Source: Blastocystis sp. Blastoise | Taxonomy: Eukaryota > Protista > Bigyra: Opalinata | DNA length: 64,000 nucleotides | NCBI GenBank assembly: GCA_039096225.1 | Contig: JBBPEB010000006.1 | Location: 1,240,001 to 1,304,000, forward strand | Reading direction: 5' to 3' | Part shown: piece by piece, positions 44,808 through 61,922 of the stretch | Position numbering within the stretch: position 1 is the stretch's first letter | Layout: the number at the start of each line of letters is the position of its first letter | Notes under the pieces: generated by a model | Database searches by the model: none | Told to the model about the DNA's origin: nothing | What the model saw: only the letters and a program-made list of their open reading frames with translations | Position numbers and translations under genes: made by a program

Positions 44808-46298
44808 ATGGTGAAAGAGAAGGTAGAATTTGATGCGAATAAGATTGGTGATATTCAGAAGGATGTAATTCATTTTGAAAGACTGATTGGTGATTTGATT
44901 GGTATTTTAAGTAAGTCAATAAGTTTCTGTATTCATTCAGGTGAGTCCGTGAATGAATTAGTGAATCGATTAACAAGAAATTGTGAAGGAATGAATGATA
45001 AGAATGGCGATGATCCACACATAATTATCAAAGAATCTTCTTTTCTGAATGAATATGATGCTACTATGAATAATAATGATAACGGAATTGATTATATTCG
45101 ATTTACCAGTAATGGTCCAGTTTATTCTCTTCCTAAAAGAGTAACAAATAGTTTAGTAGGTAGTCTTCTGTATGAATATTCTCAAGAAAATCAAAGAGCT
45201 AATGATGGAAGTATTTATTTGGATTATCGTGGTGATGAAACACTTTTTCCTTTATTAATTGATTCTTTAATGAATAAGAAAGTGAATATTGATAAATTGA
45301 AATTAAGAGATCAAATTGATTTATTAAAAATGTTTGAATATTGTAATTTACCTATTCCTGAAGAATTAATGAAAGTTTATTACCAAAGAGATCATAAAAT
45401 GAAACAATATAAAGAAAGTGATGATGTTATTCTTTATATAAATGATAAGAAAGATGATATATTAAGAGATTATTGGAAGAAGAATGAATTATGGAATAAG
45501 ATTGTTAATGAATATTGTTATGGATATGTAGATTATGATGAAAAGAATAATGAAATGTATTTGAAGAAGGATTATACATATATTGATCATATTGATGAAT
45601 ATATTCAATATAATTGTATTTATATTTCTGAAGAAGAAACAAAGAATATAAATAGAGAATTATTAGAGAATAAAATGTATAGTTTATTTGGTGATAAAGG
45701 AAAAGAAACTGTTAAAGAAGGAATGATAACTCCTCAATGTTTTGTTGGCACAAAAATAATAATAAACTATTCAATGGAAATACCTTTAATGAATTGGCTT
45801 GGTAAAGAAAAGAAATGGAAATTATTATTTAGAGCAAGTGATCATGACTGGAAAGCAAGTGAATTCCATAATTATTGTGATAATAAAGGAGAGACAATAG
45901 TGTTAATAAAACATATAGGTCAAAATAATCATATTAATATATTTGGAGGATACACAGATCAAAATTGGGATAGTTCAGGAAGCTATAAATCTTATTCTAA
46001 AGAATTTCTATTTACATTAAGTAATGAACATGGTATTCCACCTACTAAATATGATAATACTAATAGTGATAGACGTTATGCGATATATTGTAAATCTTCT
46101 TATGGTCCAACATTTGGAGGTGGTTATGATATCAAAATATCTAATCAATGCCATAATAATACTAATTCTTATTGTAATGCACATTCTTATTCTGAAGTGA
46201 ATACTCCTCAAAAACATTCATTATTTGTAAATACTAATGATGCTAATTCTGGTAACAGTTTTACAGTAGAAGATTATGAAGTATGGGGAAGAGCATAA
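44808..46298 (+). CDS. Intronless BTB/POZ-like + TLDc domain protein
   Basis: BTB-like YIRFTSNGPVYSLPK..DGSIYLDYRGDETLFPLLIDSL. TLDc WKLLFRASDHDWKASEFHNYCDNKGETIVLIK..IFGGYT..FLFTL..GPTFGGG.DIKI..FTVEDYEVW. Confidence 0.92.
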   Translation: MVKEKVEFDANKIGDIQKDVIHFERLIGDLIGILSKSISFCIHSGESVNELVNRLTRNCEGMNDKNGDDPHIIIKESSFLNEYDATMNNNDNGIDYIRFTSNGPVYSLPKRVTNSLVGSLLYEYSQENQRANDGSIYLDYRGDETLFPLLIDSLMNKKVNIDKLKLRDQIDLLKMFEYCNLPIPEELMKVYYQRDHKMKQYKESDDVILYINDKKDDILRDYWKKNELWNKIVNEYCYGYVDYDEKNNEMYLKKDYTYIDHIDEYIQYNCIYISEEETKNINRELLENKMYSLFGDKGKETVKEGMITPQCFVGTKIIINYSMEIPLMNWLGKEKKWKLLFRASDHDWKASEFHNYCDNKGETIVLIKHIGQNNHINIFGGYTDQNWDSSGSYKSYSKEFLFTLSNEHGIPPTKYDNTNSDRRYAIYCKSSYGPTFGGGYDIKISNQCHNNTNSYCNAHSYSEVNTPQKHSLFVNTNDANSGNSFTVEDYEVWGRA

Positions 46299-47339
46299 AA
46301 AGAATAATAAATTATATTTTTTTTGTTTTCTCATTTTTATATATGTTGTTTTCTTTTCTTTATTGAGAAAAGTTTTTTCAATATATATATTATTTTTAAT
46401 AAAATATAAAAAGTAGTTTTGTTAATTGTCTTCTAACTGTAATTATAATGTTAAAAGTTTATTAATAATAATTAGTATATAATATTTTCAAGAATAAATT
46501 AATGGTTTTTCATAAAGAATTTTTTATATAAATAAATTTATTTTATAGATATATAACAAAGGATAATATATAAACCCTAAGAATAAAATTAATAAAATAT
46601 ATGTAGGATAGGAATTCTATGATAATAATAAACATCAATATATTTTGTTTATTTAAATAATTAAAAACAATACTTATTGAAAGTTTAAAACAATATAGAG
46701 TTATCTATAATAGAAAATGAAAAATGTTTTTATTCTTTTATTTATTAAAAATTTAATATTTTTTATAAACTATAATAATAGGAATATTATATATATGAAT
46801 ATATATTTATATAATATATATATAATTATATCATTGTTGAAAAAAAATAAATATAAAAATGAGTAAAATAAATGTATAGAATGAATAGTATTTAAATAAA
46901 TGAACAAATACAATTAAATATTAATAATAAAATTAAATAAAGTTTTTAAATATAATAAAAAAATAATTCTTATAAACAAGAATAAGTTGAGAGTAGTATA
47001 GAATTCATGAATAGTATACAATTTACAAAAGTAGCCAAATGAACATTATTATATTATTTATAACTATTATAAAATGAGAATGATTATGAGAATAGTTTTT
47101 ATTAAGATGAAGAGTATAAATATAGATGAATAATAGAATAATATAGAAAATTTGAATAAATAATAAACAAGATAGATTTGATGAGATATATAAAAAATAA
47201 TATCGGTGTCTTGCCAATATTTTGTGGTACTTGTTGTGACTATCACAGAAAGACATTTAAATCAAATTTAATACAGTTGAATAAAAATTATTTTACATTG
47301 TTAAAAATAACAAAGGTGTCACTTTTTTTATGAAAATTG

Positions 47340-51640
<4,301 letters not shown>

Positions 51641-51785
51641 TTTATTTATTATTCTTGCAAATAATTTTATAATTAAATTGTATTATATATATTTATATTT
51701 ATTTAAAGTCAACAAAATTATATATAAGAAATAGTAATTATAAATATATTTATTAAAAATATCATATATATATATATAAAATAAT

Positions 51786-52040
51786 TTATTTTTCTTTATT
51801 TAGGTGATATAAAAAGAATTTATTAACGTTTAATTGTTCAAGATCTAAATCTATATTATCATAATCAAAATTCCTATATATATATATAAAAGAAACTATT
51901 GTATATATACATTTTATTTATTTTTTTAATATTTTTTTGAAACATATTATATTCTTTGATAAATTGTTGAATCATTCCAAATATAAGAATTGCATTGTTA
52001 TTATCATAAGATTTATCACACTTTATATATAATATTTATT

Positions 52041-52100
<60 letters not shown>

Positions 52101-52508
52101 TTTTTTATATTGAACAATAATTTTTGATGTATTAATTTTAAATAATCTATATATATATATATATAGATAATTATATCAGAATAATTAAATATACTTTTTC
52201 ATTTGATTTATAATTTGATTAAGATATTTATCATTTCCATTTTCAAATTCAAAAAAAATATATATATTAATTGTAAGCGTTTTCTTTTTATCACCATTTG
52301 ATAATTTATTAATTATTAAATAATATCTATCTTTATTTCTATACAATAATAATAATAGTAATAATAATAATATTAATATATATATATATATATAGATTAA
52401 TACTTTAAATAGATTGTAAATATAAAAAATATTGGTGAATTGGAATTAAAATGAATCTGAATTTCATCAGATATATTATATAACTATATATATATTATTG
52501 TTAATAAT

Positions 52509-52543
<35 letters not shown>

Positions 52544-54830
52544 AGAATCATTAATAAAATCATTATAATTATAGTAGTTATGAATGAATAAATTTATATT
52601 ATTGGTTGTTACAATTTGGTTATAAACATTCAAATATAAATATATATCAAATAATTCACTTGGAAAAGATCCTTCATGTAAGAATGTATACTATATATAT
52701 TATATTATATTATATTATATTATATTATATTATATACATATTGTTTTTCATTAACTATTATCTCATTATCTATATATATATATATATATTATATTATATT
52801 ATATTATATAATACTAATTAGATTATATGTTTGTTTATTATTTATTTGTATAGGATCATTTTCATATTGACTATTTTGACTATTATTATAACAACTAGCT
52901 GTATATATATATATATATAAATATTATATTATTATATTATATACATTATATATATATATATTATATTATATTATATTATATATATATATACAAATATTAA
53001 TATTATCATTTGAATAATTTATAGATAAATTTGATGATTGATTATGAATTTCTTTGCTTATATCATTATTTTCAGATAATGAAGTATAATCATATACATC
53101 AGTAGGTATTATATTATCAGCATTAATATTATCAATATTATATTTAATAGATGATTGTATATTAGAATTATTAGCTGAAATTATATTAGCTGAAGATTGG
53201 TTATTATTTTGAATAACTTTAGATGCATATTCATTAGTATTTTGAAGTTTTTGGAAAGAAATATTATTACTATTACTAATTATTGGATTAGCCAAATTAT
53301 TATTGATATTATTTAATAAGATATTAGGAGATGAAGAAATTATATTATCATTACTACTAATTATTGGATTTAATGAATTATTGTAATTGATTGATGAATT
53401 AAGATAGTTATTATTATTTATTAATGGATTTGAAGAACTGTTATGATTAATGAATGAATTAGAAGAATTATTATTATTTTGATTATTAATATTGATTGAT
53501 GAATTAAGATAATTATTATTATTGATTGATGAATTAAGATTGTTGTTATTATTGATTGATGAACTAAGATAATTGATATTATTGATTGATGGATTAGAAG
53601 AATTGTTATAATTGATTGATGTACTAGATAAATTATGATTATTATTTACTATTGGATTAGATAAATTATGATTATTATTTGATATTGGATAAGAAGAATT
53701 GTTACAATTGATTGATGTATTAGATAAATTATGATTATTATTTGATATTGGATAAGAAGAATTGTTATAATTGATTGATGTATTAGATAAATTATGATTA
53801 TTAGTTGATATTGGATAAGAAGAATTGTTATAATTGATTGATGCATTAGATAAATTATGATTATTATTTACTATTGGATTAGATAAATTATGATTATTAT
53901 TTGATATTGGATAAGAAGAATTATTAATGAATGAATTAGAAGAATTATTATTATTTTGATTATTATTGTTGATTAATGGATTAGATAAATTATTTATTAT
54001 TTGCTTAGAAGAATTATCATTGATAGAATTATCACTATTGGAAATGATAGAAATATTAAACTGATCAATATCTTCAACAGAATTATGAATACTTGGAATT
54101 GGAGAATAATAATTATTTAATATATTATTATTATTTAGATTATATTGATTATTTAATGAATCATTTATACTATAATTATTATCATTGTTATTAGAATTAA
54201 ATGAAGGAAGAAGAAGAGGAGAAATAAGTTCTATACTTTTTTTATTTTCATCATCATTCATACTATTGAACTTTATAATGGGAGATATAATTATAGGAGA
54301 TATTTGTTGATCTGATAATTTAATATATTTATTTTCATTGTTACAATTATTTATTTTAGCACTATCTTTTGATTCCATCTATGGGATATATATGATAATA
54401 TGAATATACATGAATAATATGAATATGAATATATATGGATAATATGAATATGTATATGAATATGAATAATATGAATATGAATATGAATATGAATATGAAT
54501 ATGAATATGAATATGAATATGAATATGAATATGAATATGAATATGAATATGAATATGAATACATATGGATAATATGAATATACATGAATAATATGAATAT
54601 GAATATATATGGATAATATGAATATGAATATGAATATGAATATGAATATGAATATATATGGATAATATGAATATACATGAATAATATAAATAATATCGAT
54701 AATAAAAATAATATGGATAATATTGATAATATGAATACTTTAGATGATATATCTTCTTTTGATTCAATATAACGATTTATATCATAATTGAATGTACACT
54801 TTCTAACCAGTAATTCATATGAGCAAGTTA

Positions 54831-54892
<62 letters not shown>

Positions 54893-56239
54893 GATATCTA
54901 CATACTAGAGCTTCATGAATGGTTATTAGGTTACCATCAATATCTCTTTCTGGGACAAAATAATTCATTTCTTTAGCGAATTGTTTATCCAGGACATAAT
55001 CAATGAATACTTTTATACCAAGCTCAGAAGTACATAAATCATTTAATTTAAAATCATTATTATTATATATAGTTCTATATTTTAAATTAAGATTATAGTA
55101 TTTGTCATGAACATCATTTGTATGATGGCAACTTCTGATGAAACTTTGGCAATAAAGAGGATTAACACAATTTGTTCTTCCAAACCAAGTGGCAAAACAA
55201 TGTCTATAGGAATAACCTGAGTGATCTTTAGGTATGTTACTAAATAATTTTTTTAATTGATGTTTACAACTATATAGGTATATAAGTTAATATATATATA
55301 TATATATATATATATAGATTTAGATAAATATATATATATAGGTATACATAGTGGGATAGGTACTATATGTGAATTGGGATGCTACATAATTACTATTAGT
55401 ATTTGGTTTTCGTATATATAGGAATAAATTTGTTGTATATTCAATATCATTATCTTTTAAATATTCACATATTTGATTTCTTATAATTATATATTTATCA
55501 TATATCTTTTGAAATTTTTCGCATAAAATATATATATCAGGAAATTTTTTGCCGTCAGAATAAGGAATATTTCCATTCTTAGATCCTGTATGTATTATAT
55601 ATATATATTCTTTTTTAGTATTTTCATTTCTATATTTCTTTAAGTTTTCAAATAATTTCAAATTATATATATCATTATTTCTAAGTGGACAGCCTGTGCA
55701 AGTCTGAAGGAGATACATCATAAGAATCGTAATAGTATGAAATTTTTTTATATATATATCATTAATATTTTTCTTATTATTAATTTCTTCTATATATATA
55801 TTAATTTTTTCAAATAATGTTCTAATTATATTGTAGTAATCTTGTAAAGAGATAAGAGCTTCCATTTTCTTTTTCTTATTCAAATCCTCAAAAGCTTTAC
55901 TATCATTTTTACTAATGAAATTGTTATCTGTAATCATAACTGAAGACTTGTGAGTAATATATGTTAGTGTTTCTTTTATTATATCTTTCATTTTATTATC
56001 TATATATACATTTTTTCTTTCTATATAGGTAATTATAGATCTTATCTCTTGTATTCTATTATGAAGGGTTTTTGGACAATTTGATCTGGGCAGAATATTT
56101 AGAGTAACGTATTTATATATAAAATCAGGAAATAGTAAAATATTCAAACCATAATGATCAAGTTCTTCCTGATATAATACAAAAGCAAAATTGATTATAT
56201 CACAAATACTAAGCATAATTTCATAACTATATATATATA

Positions 56240-56276
<37 letters not shown>

Positions 56277-56593
56277 TACAAAATTTGTTTCTCAGATAGA
56301 GAATATATAGATATATCCGGTATTTTATCCTCAACCCCGTTTTCATAGAAGTCTCCAGTAATCACAGATTTAATTAAAGGTAAAGCATATTTTATAAATA
56401 TTTTTGTATTTGTATCCATTAGTAGAATTCTTTTTCTACTACACTTTCTTTGATATTTCCAATATTTTATTATATTATATAGGCGACTAATATCATCATC
56501 ACTTAATCGTTCTGGTAAAAAGCAACCAAGAAGATTTTTATTTATTTCTAATGATTTCTCACCAAGATTTATTCTTTCATTTAATTTTACAGG

Positions 56594-56644
<51 letters not shown>

Positions 56645-56947
56645 TTCTTAATTCTTGAATTGTATTTAATGATTCTTCATTATTTTTATTTTTCTTAATT
56701 ATCTAGAATTATTATATTTATTAAATGTATATACATATAATATATATATAGATACATATCCTAATTGCAGATATATATAGGTTTGAAGATCCAAATCTTT
56801 TACAAGTAGTGGGTTAGTAATAATCTATAAATTAAAATTAAAATAAATATGATTATTATTTAAATATATACATGTTTAGTATAGTTTGTATCCGAGTTCA
56901 AAATTAAATTACACAAATTATTCATAAAATCCTGTATATATATATTA

Positions 56948-57007
<60 letters not shown>

Positions 57008-57374
57008 GATTTTAAATATACTTCATTATCATCAAGATTTATTTTGTATTGCTTCAAAAAATTATATATTTCTGATCTTATCTATTGAGTATATATATAT
57101 ATAAATCAAAAAATATTATTTTAAAATATATTTATACTTCTTCATCTATTTCATTATTATTCTTAATTATATTTTGAATATCTATATATCGTATGAATTA
57201 TAATAATAATAATGCATTTAATATATAAACAATTATTACTTGATAATGTATATAGAAATGTTTTGAGTTCTTCTGAACTTATTAGAATTTCTTCATCATC
57301 TTCTTCTTCATTATTTTTAATTGCTAGTGGTATATAGTCTATTTTATTCTTATTTGATATAATTTTCCCATTAT

Positions 57375-57460
<86 letters not shown>

Positions 57461-58328
57461 GTGAGTCTATATCAATTACATTATCTTGAATTTCGTCATT
57501 ATTCTTGTTAGAATTGAATTTATAAGATTGATTATTATTTATCTTAATAGAATCATATTCTTTATTATCTATAGATTTCTTTTTTATTTTTATATTTTTA
57601 TGTAGAATCGGTGAAAGAAATGATGCTTCAATAGGAAATTCATGACAAGCAGGTAATTGTTTATTTGTAGAATTGCGATTACATTGATTATTTAAATTAT
57701 TATTAGATATAGAAGATTTAATAGAATTATTAGAAATTAATATAGGTGGAGAAGGAGATGAATGAAAATTATTGATAGATGAATTATTATTATGATTATT
57801 ATTAAAAATTGATATAGGTGGAGAAGGAAATGAATGAAATTTATTGATAGATAAATCATTATTATTATTATTAGAAATTGATATAGGTGGAGATAGAGAT
57901 GAATGAGATTTATTGATAGATGAATTATGATTATGATTATTATTAAAAATTGATATAGGTGGAGAAGGAGATGTATGAAATTGATTAATAGATGAATTAT
58001 TATTATTATGATTATTATTAAAAATTGATATAGGTGGAGAAGGAGATGATATAGAAGATGGAGATGAATTAAATTTATTGATACATGAATTATTATTATT
58101 ATGATTATTATTAAAAATTGATATAGGTGGAGAAGGAGATGAATGAAAATTATTGATAGATGAATTATTATTATGATTATTATTAAAAATTGATATAGGT
58201 GGAGAAGGAGATGATATAGAAGGAGATGAATTAAATTGAATAGAATGAATAGAAGGAGATGAATGAAAATTATTGATAGATGAATTATTATTACGATTAG
58301 GGTTAGGGTTAGGGAAAAAAAAATATAA
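51786..58328 (-). CDS. Spliced tyrosine recombinase (lambda-integrase fold) protein with Asn/Ser repeat regions; candidate Crypton-like transposase
   Basis: Box I YLLQTCTGCPLRNNDIYNLK (R at ~55680) and HTGSKNG (K). After intron 55270-55347, Box II DHSGYSYRHCFATW...RSCHHTNDVHDKYY (H-x-x-R position read as YSYR, then H and Y nucleophile). About 20 exons join in phase to TAA 51786. First in-frame ATG is only at 56925; the acceptor near 54800-54835 is ambiguous. Confidence 0.8.
53395..53975 (-). repeat. In-frame ~60-bp tandem repeat (NNHNLSNTSINYNNSSYPIS) in the recombinase gene
   Basis: Visible in the 470-aa ORF 52966-54378 and in DNA (GATATTGGATAAGAAGAATT recurring). Confidence 0.9.
54400..54740. 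repeat. (GAATAT)n hexamer satellite inside an intron of the recombinase gene
   Basis: Long ATGAAT runs with higher-order GGATAATATGAATATACATGAATA units, bounded by GT at ~54738 and AG at 54379. Confidence 0.9.
57735..58295 (-). repeat. In-frame ~63-bp tandem repeat (SSINNFHSSPSPPISIFNNNH) x ~8 in the first exon of the recombinase gene
   Basis: ATAGGTGGAGAAGGAGATG recurs with ~60-80 bp spacing on the plus strand; the frame stays open throughout. Confidence 0.9.
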
Positions 58329-58990
58329 TTAGAGAGTAAGTTAATTAATGTTATAAAAATATATTATATTATAAATATAATTGGATAAAAAAAGATATTA
58401 TTGATTTAATTGGTAGTCTAGAATTCTAGAATTCTAGAATCTAGGATTGTAGAATTGTAGAATGAAATAAACCAATAGAATGAATTAAAAAAAATGTGAA
58501 ATAAAATTGTATTAGGGTAAAAAAGTGAATAAAAATAGTATTAGGGTAAAAAAATGGTTGAAAAAAGTGGTAATGTTTTAAAAGAAGTGTTCTGAAAATT
58601 TTATTAGGGTGAAAATAATTAATTTAATTGGTTAAAATGAATAGAATAAAATAATTGGGTATTGTAGAATTGTAGAAAAATAAAATAATTGGATAATAAA
58701 AGATATATTAAATATAATTGGTAGTCTAGAATTCTAGAATTCTAGAATCTAGGATTGTAGAATTGTAGAGTATAAAATATAAGATAATGAATTTGATTGG
58801 TAGTGTAGGATTCTAGAATTCTAGATTCTGGAATTGTAGAATTGTAGGATAATGAAAATGATTGGTAGTTTACAATTCTAGAATTCCAGAATCTAGAATT
58901 GTAGAATTGTAGGATGAAATAAGCCAATAGAATGAATTAAAATAAAAAAGTCAACCAAAATGTTATTAGGGTAAAAAAGTGGTTGACCTT
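58297..58990. repeat. Structured repeat block: (TTAGGG)3, four ATTAGGGT boxes, and four ~55-bp ATTGGTAG(TCTAGAAT/TGTAGAAT)n units
   Basis: TTAGGG at 58297-58314 (x3), 58512, 58541, 58604 and 58966. Units start at 58409, 58717, 58796 and 58861. Confidence 0.9.
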
Positions 58991-59134
58991 TTTGAGAGGC
59001 TTTAATATTTTACTTTACTTTTTTTGTTTCTTTTTATAGTTATAATGGTAATTCTTTTATTTTTATTTATTTAATGAATTCTATATATTTATTTTTATTT
59101 TTATAATGAAATATTATTTATATTAAATAATAAA

Positions 59135-59780
59135 TAGACGCCATTCTTGTCTTGAGTTTGAATGTGTAGCTATTTATAGTGTTAGGATACTTGTGGTCTG
59201 TTGAAATGTGGTGTTATTCATGGATCTGTTTGAATTACTACGTTTGAAAAGGTTTAAGGTAAGAATGGGAAGATTTTAATTATGGTATATATTTTATTTT
59301 TATATTATATCATACTATATTATTGATTGTCTTATTATATAGTTGAAAGTGATGTTTATGAATGAAAATTCATAACATCACTTTTTCCCATTGTCTTTGT
59401 AGTGTCGGTTTTGGTACTTATGATGATAAACTATGTTCTAAGTTGATTTTGGATCATTTATGTTGTCTTAGTATCATTGAAATACTTTTTAAGGTATATA
59501 TTATATTAGACAATTGTGGTGATTATGTATAAATATTTTATATTATATAGTTATTTTTATATAGAAAGTATATATAGGATGAGTTGAGTGTGATTAATGA
59601 AGTATTAAGTCTTTTTTGTAAGTATTAGGTATAGAAATGATTAAAATAGGTAAAAAAAAATATAACAAAAATTCAAAAATTTCTAAACTATTCTTTCAAC
59701 TAGAGGGTGTTTCACCCATCAAATAGGTATATATTATTTATTTTATTCTATATTATTATTATATAGGTTGTGTGTGTATT
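59135..59780 (+). pseudogene. Decayed exon fragments
   Basis: AG/GT-bounded, GC-richer blocks reading DTCGLLKCGVIHGSV*ITTFEKV*GK and MKIHNITFSHCLCSVGFGTYDDKLC, with stops and shifts. No start exon is visible. Confidence 0.45.
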
Positions 59781-61250
59781 GGATATATATATAATATATA
59801 ATATTAATAAAAAAAACATAATAAAAAAAGAAAAATTGATTGAATATCTTTTTTATTTTTTATTTTAAATTTAATTTTTTTATATCATAAAATAGTTTTT
59901 ATCGTATAATATGAATACAATCAATATGAATTAACATATAGATACTATTTAAATAAATAAAAGTTTAGTTCAAAGACATTTTGTAAAAAACTATGAATTC
60001 ACTCATGTTGACTTGAATAAACAAAAATGACTTTTATGAAGTTATTATAGACTAATAAACATATGTGTATGATAATAACTTGTTTTATAAACAAAATAGT
60101 TTAATAATGTTAAGAATTGTGTGTATAAAAGAATATTTTAAAAATAATTGTGACAGGGTATTGATAATTGAATGTTATATTCATTAAAAAGTTGAGTCAT
60201 GAACAGTTTGAAGATAGTTGAATGAGAGACTTTGACAAGATTTGTTTTAAATATTTTATAAAAACATGTTAAATGAATTTATAAAGTTTATTATTAATAA
60301 TAATTAAACATAATAATAACTTTAAGAAAATAATTAATAAGAATGAGAAGATAATGTTTTAGTAAAGTATAAAATAAAAAATATATATGATGACTAGAGA
60401 TCTTAATAGATATAAAAATGAATAAATAATGAATATTAGGAGTATCTAAATAATAAATAAATAAAAAGAAGAAGTTTGAAAAGAAAGATAAAGTTCTTAT
60501 TATAATTTTTCTTTTTATTCTCATTTTATCATTTTTAAATAACATATATTATTCTTTTGAATTAAAATTGATACTATTCATTGAATAATAGTCTATAGTA
60601 TACACTAGTATGACTAAAAGTTGAAAAATAGACTAAAATATTTTTTAAGAATGGATGAATTGTGTGTAAACATAGTTATGTAGTATGCTTACAGTAGTTA
60701 ACAATGTTATAGTGAATATTTATAATTGAAAACATATAATAAATTAGTTTATTTTATATAATAATTTTATAATTACAAAAGTAAAAGTGTAAATATTGAG
60801 ATATCAAGATGATATTTGTAATAAGAATTGAAAATAACTAAAGAAAATATTATAAATATTAATTAGAAGACTATATTACTATTTGAATATTTGTTTACAA
60901 TTTTTATAAAAACCAATTAGATACTTGATGATAAACTAACTGAATATGTCTATATATATATATAATAATAAAATATATTTGATTATTTTGAGCTGATAGA
61001 TAGTTCAATTCTATATATAGAATAATAATTATATATTAAAAGAATATAATAATTTAAGTCAGGAATTGAACCTGATATAAATATATATTCTATCCATTTA
61101 TAGAACTTAAATATTTAAATAATAATATATTTTAATATATTGAATTCATCTTCTATATATATATATATATAAAATAGAATTACAATACAAAAATTAATTA
61201 TAAAAAAACTATAAATAAAATATAAAATATAATATAATAAAATGAAAGAT

Positions 61251-61268
61251 TTAAGCCAGGAGTTGAAC

Positions 61269-61328
<60 letters not shown>

Positions 61329-61889
61329 ATCCATTATGGAGCTTAAATACGATAAATAAGAGTATTTATAAGTGAATAGCAGAATATATATATATAGAAT
61401 AATATAAAATATATATATATACAGAATAATATAAAAAATATATATATATATATGAATAATACACAATATATATATAGAATAATACACAATATATATAAAC
61501 AGAAAAATATACAATATATATAAACAAAAATATATAGCCAATATGATTAAGAAGAATCCCAAAGCAGTCAATACAGACTGAAAAGACACACATATAGAGG
61601 GAATCATTATAATTAAAAAAGAGTAGGAAAACACTATAATATATATATAGATAGAAATATTAATATAATATAATATAGTAAATAAACTAGTAAGCTAAAT
61701 TATTATTATTAACAAATATATATATATATATACGAAAAAAAAATCAAATAATAATCCAAAAGAACAAAACAACCACAACTAGAGGCATTAAACCTATATA
61801 TATATATATAAATTAAAAATAAAATAGTGATTATCTATAAAGTAGTATAATATACTACATAAATATAAACATATAAATATATATAAATG

Positions 61890-61922
<33 letters not shown>

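Noticed and set aside
54351-54767. ORFs with HIHIHI / YSYSYS repeats
   Set aside because: These are translations of an intronic hexamer satellite.
58297-58314. True chromosome end
   Set aside because: Only three repeats, and ordinary sequence continues on both sides.
58409-58915. CRISPR-like array or heat-shock elements
   Set aside because: Eukaryotic context, no cas genes and irregular spacers. TTCTAGAA fits only two HSE pentamers, and the ~8-bp period breaks the 5-bp HSE register.
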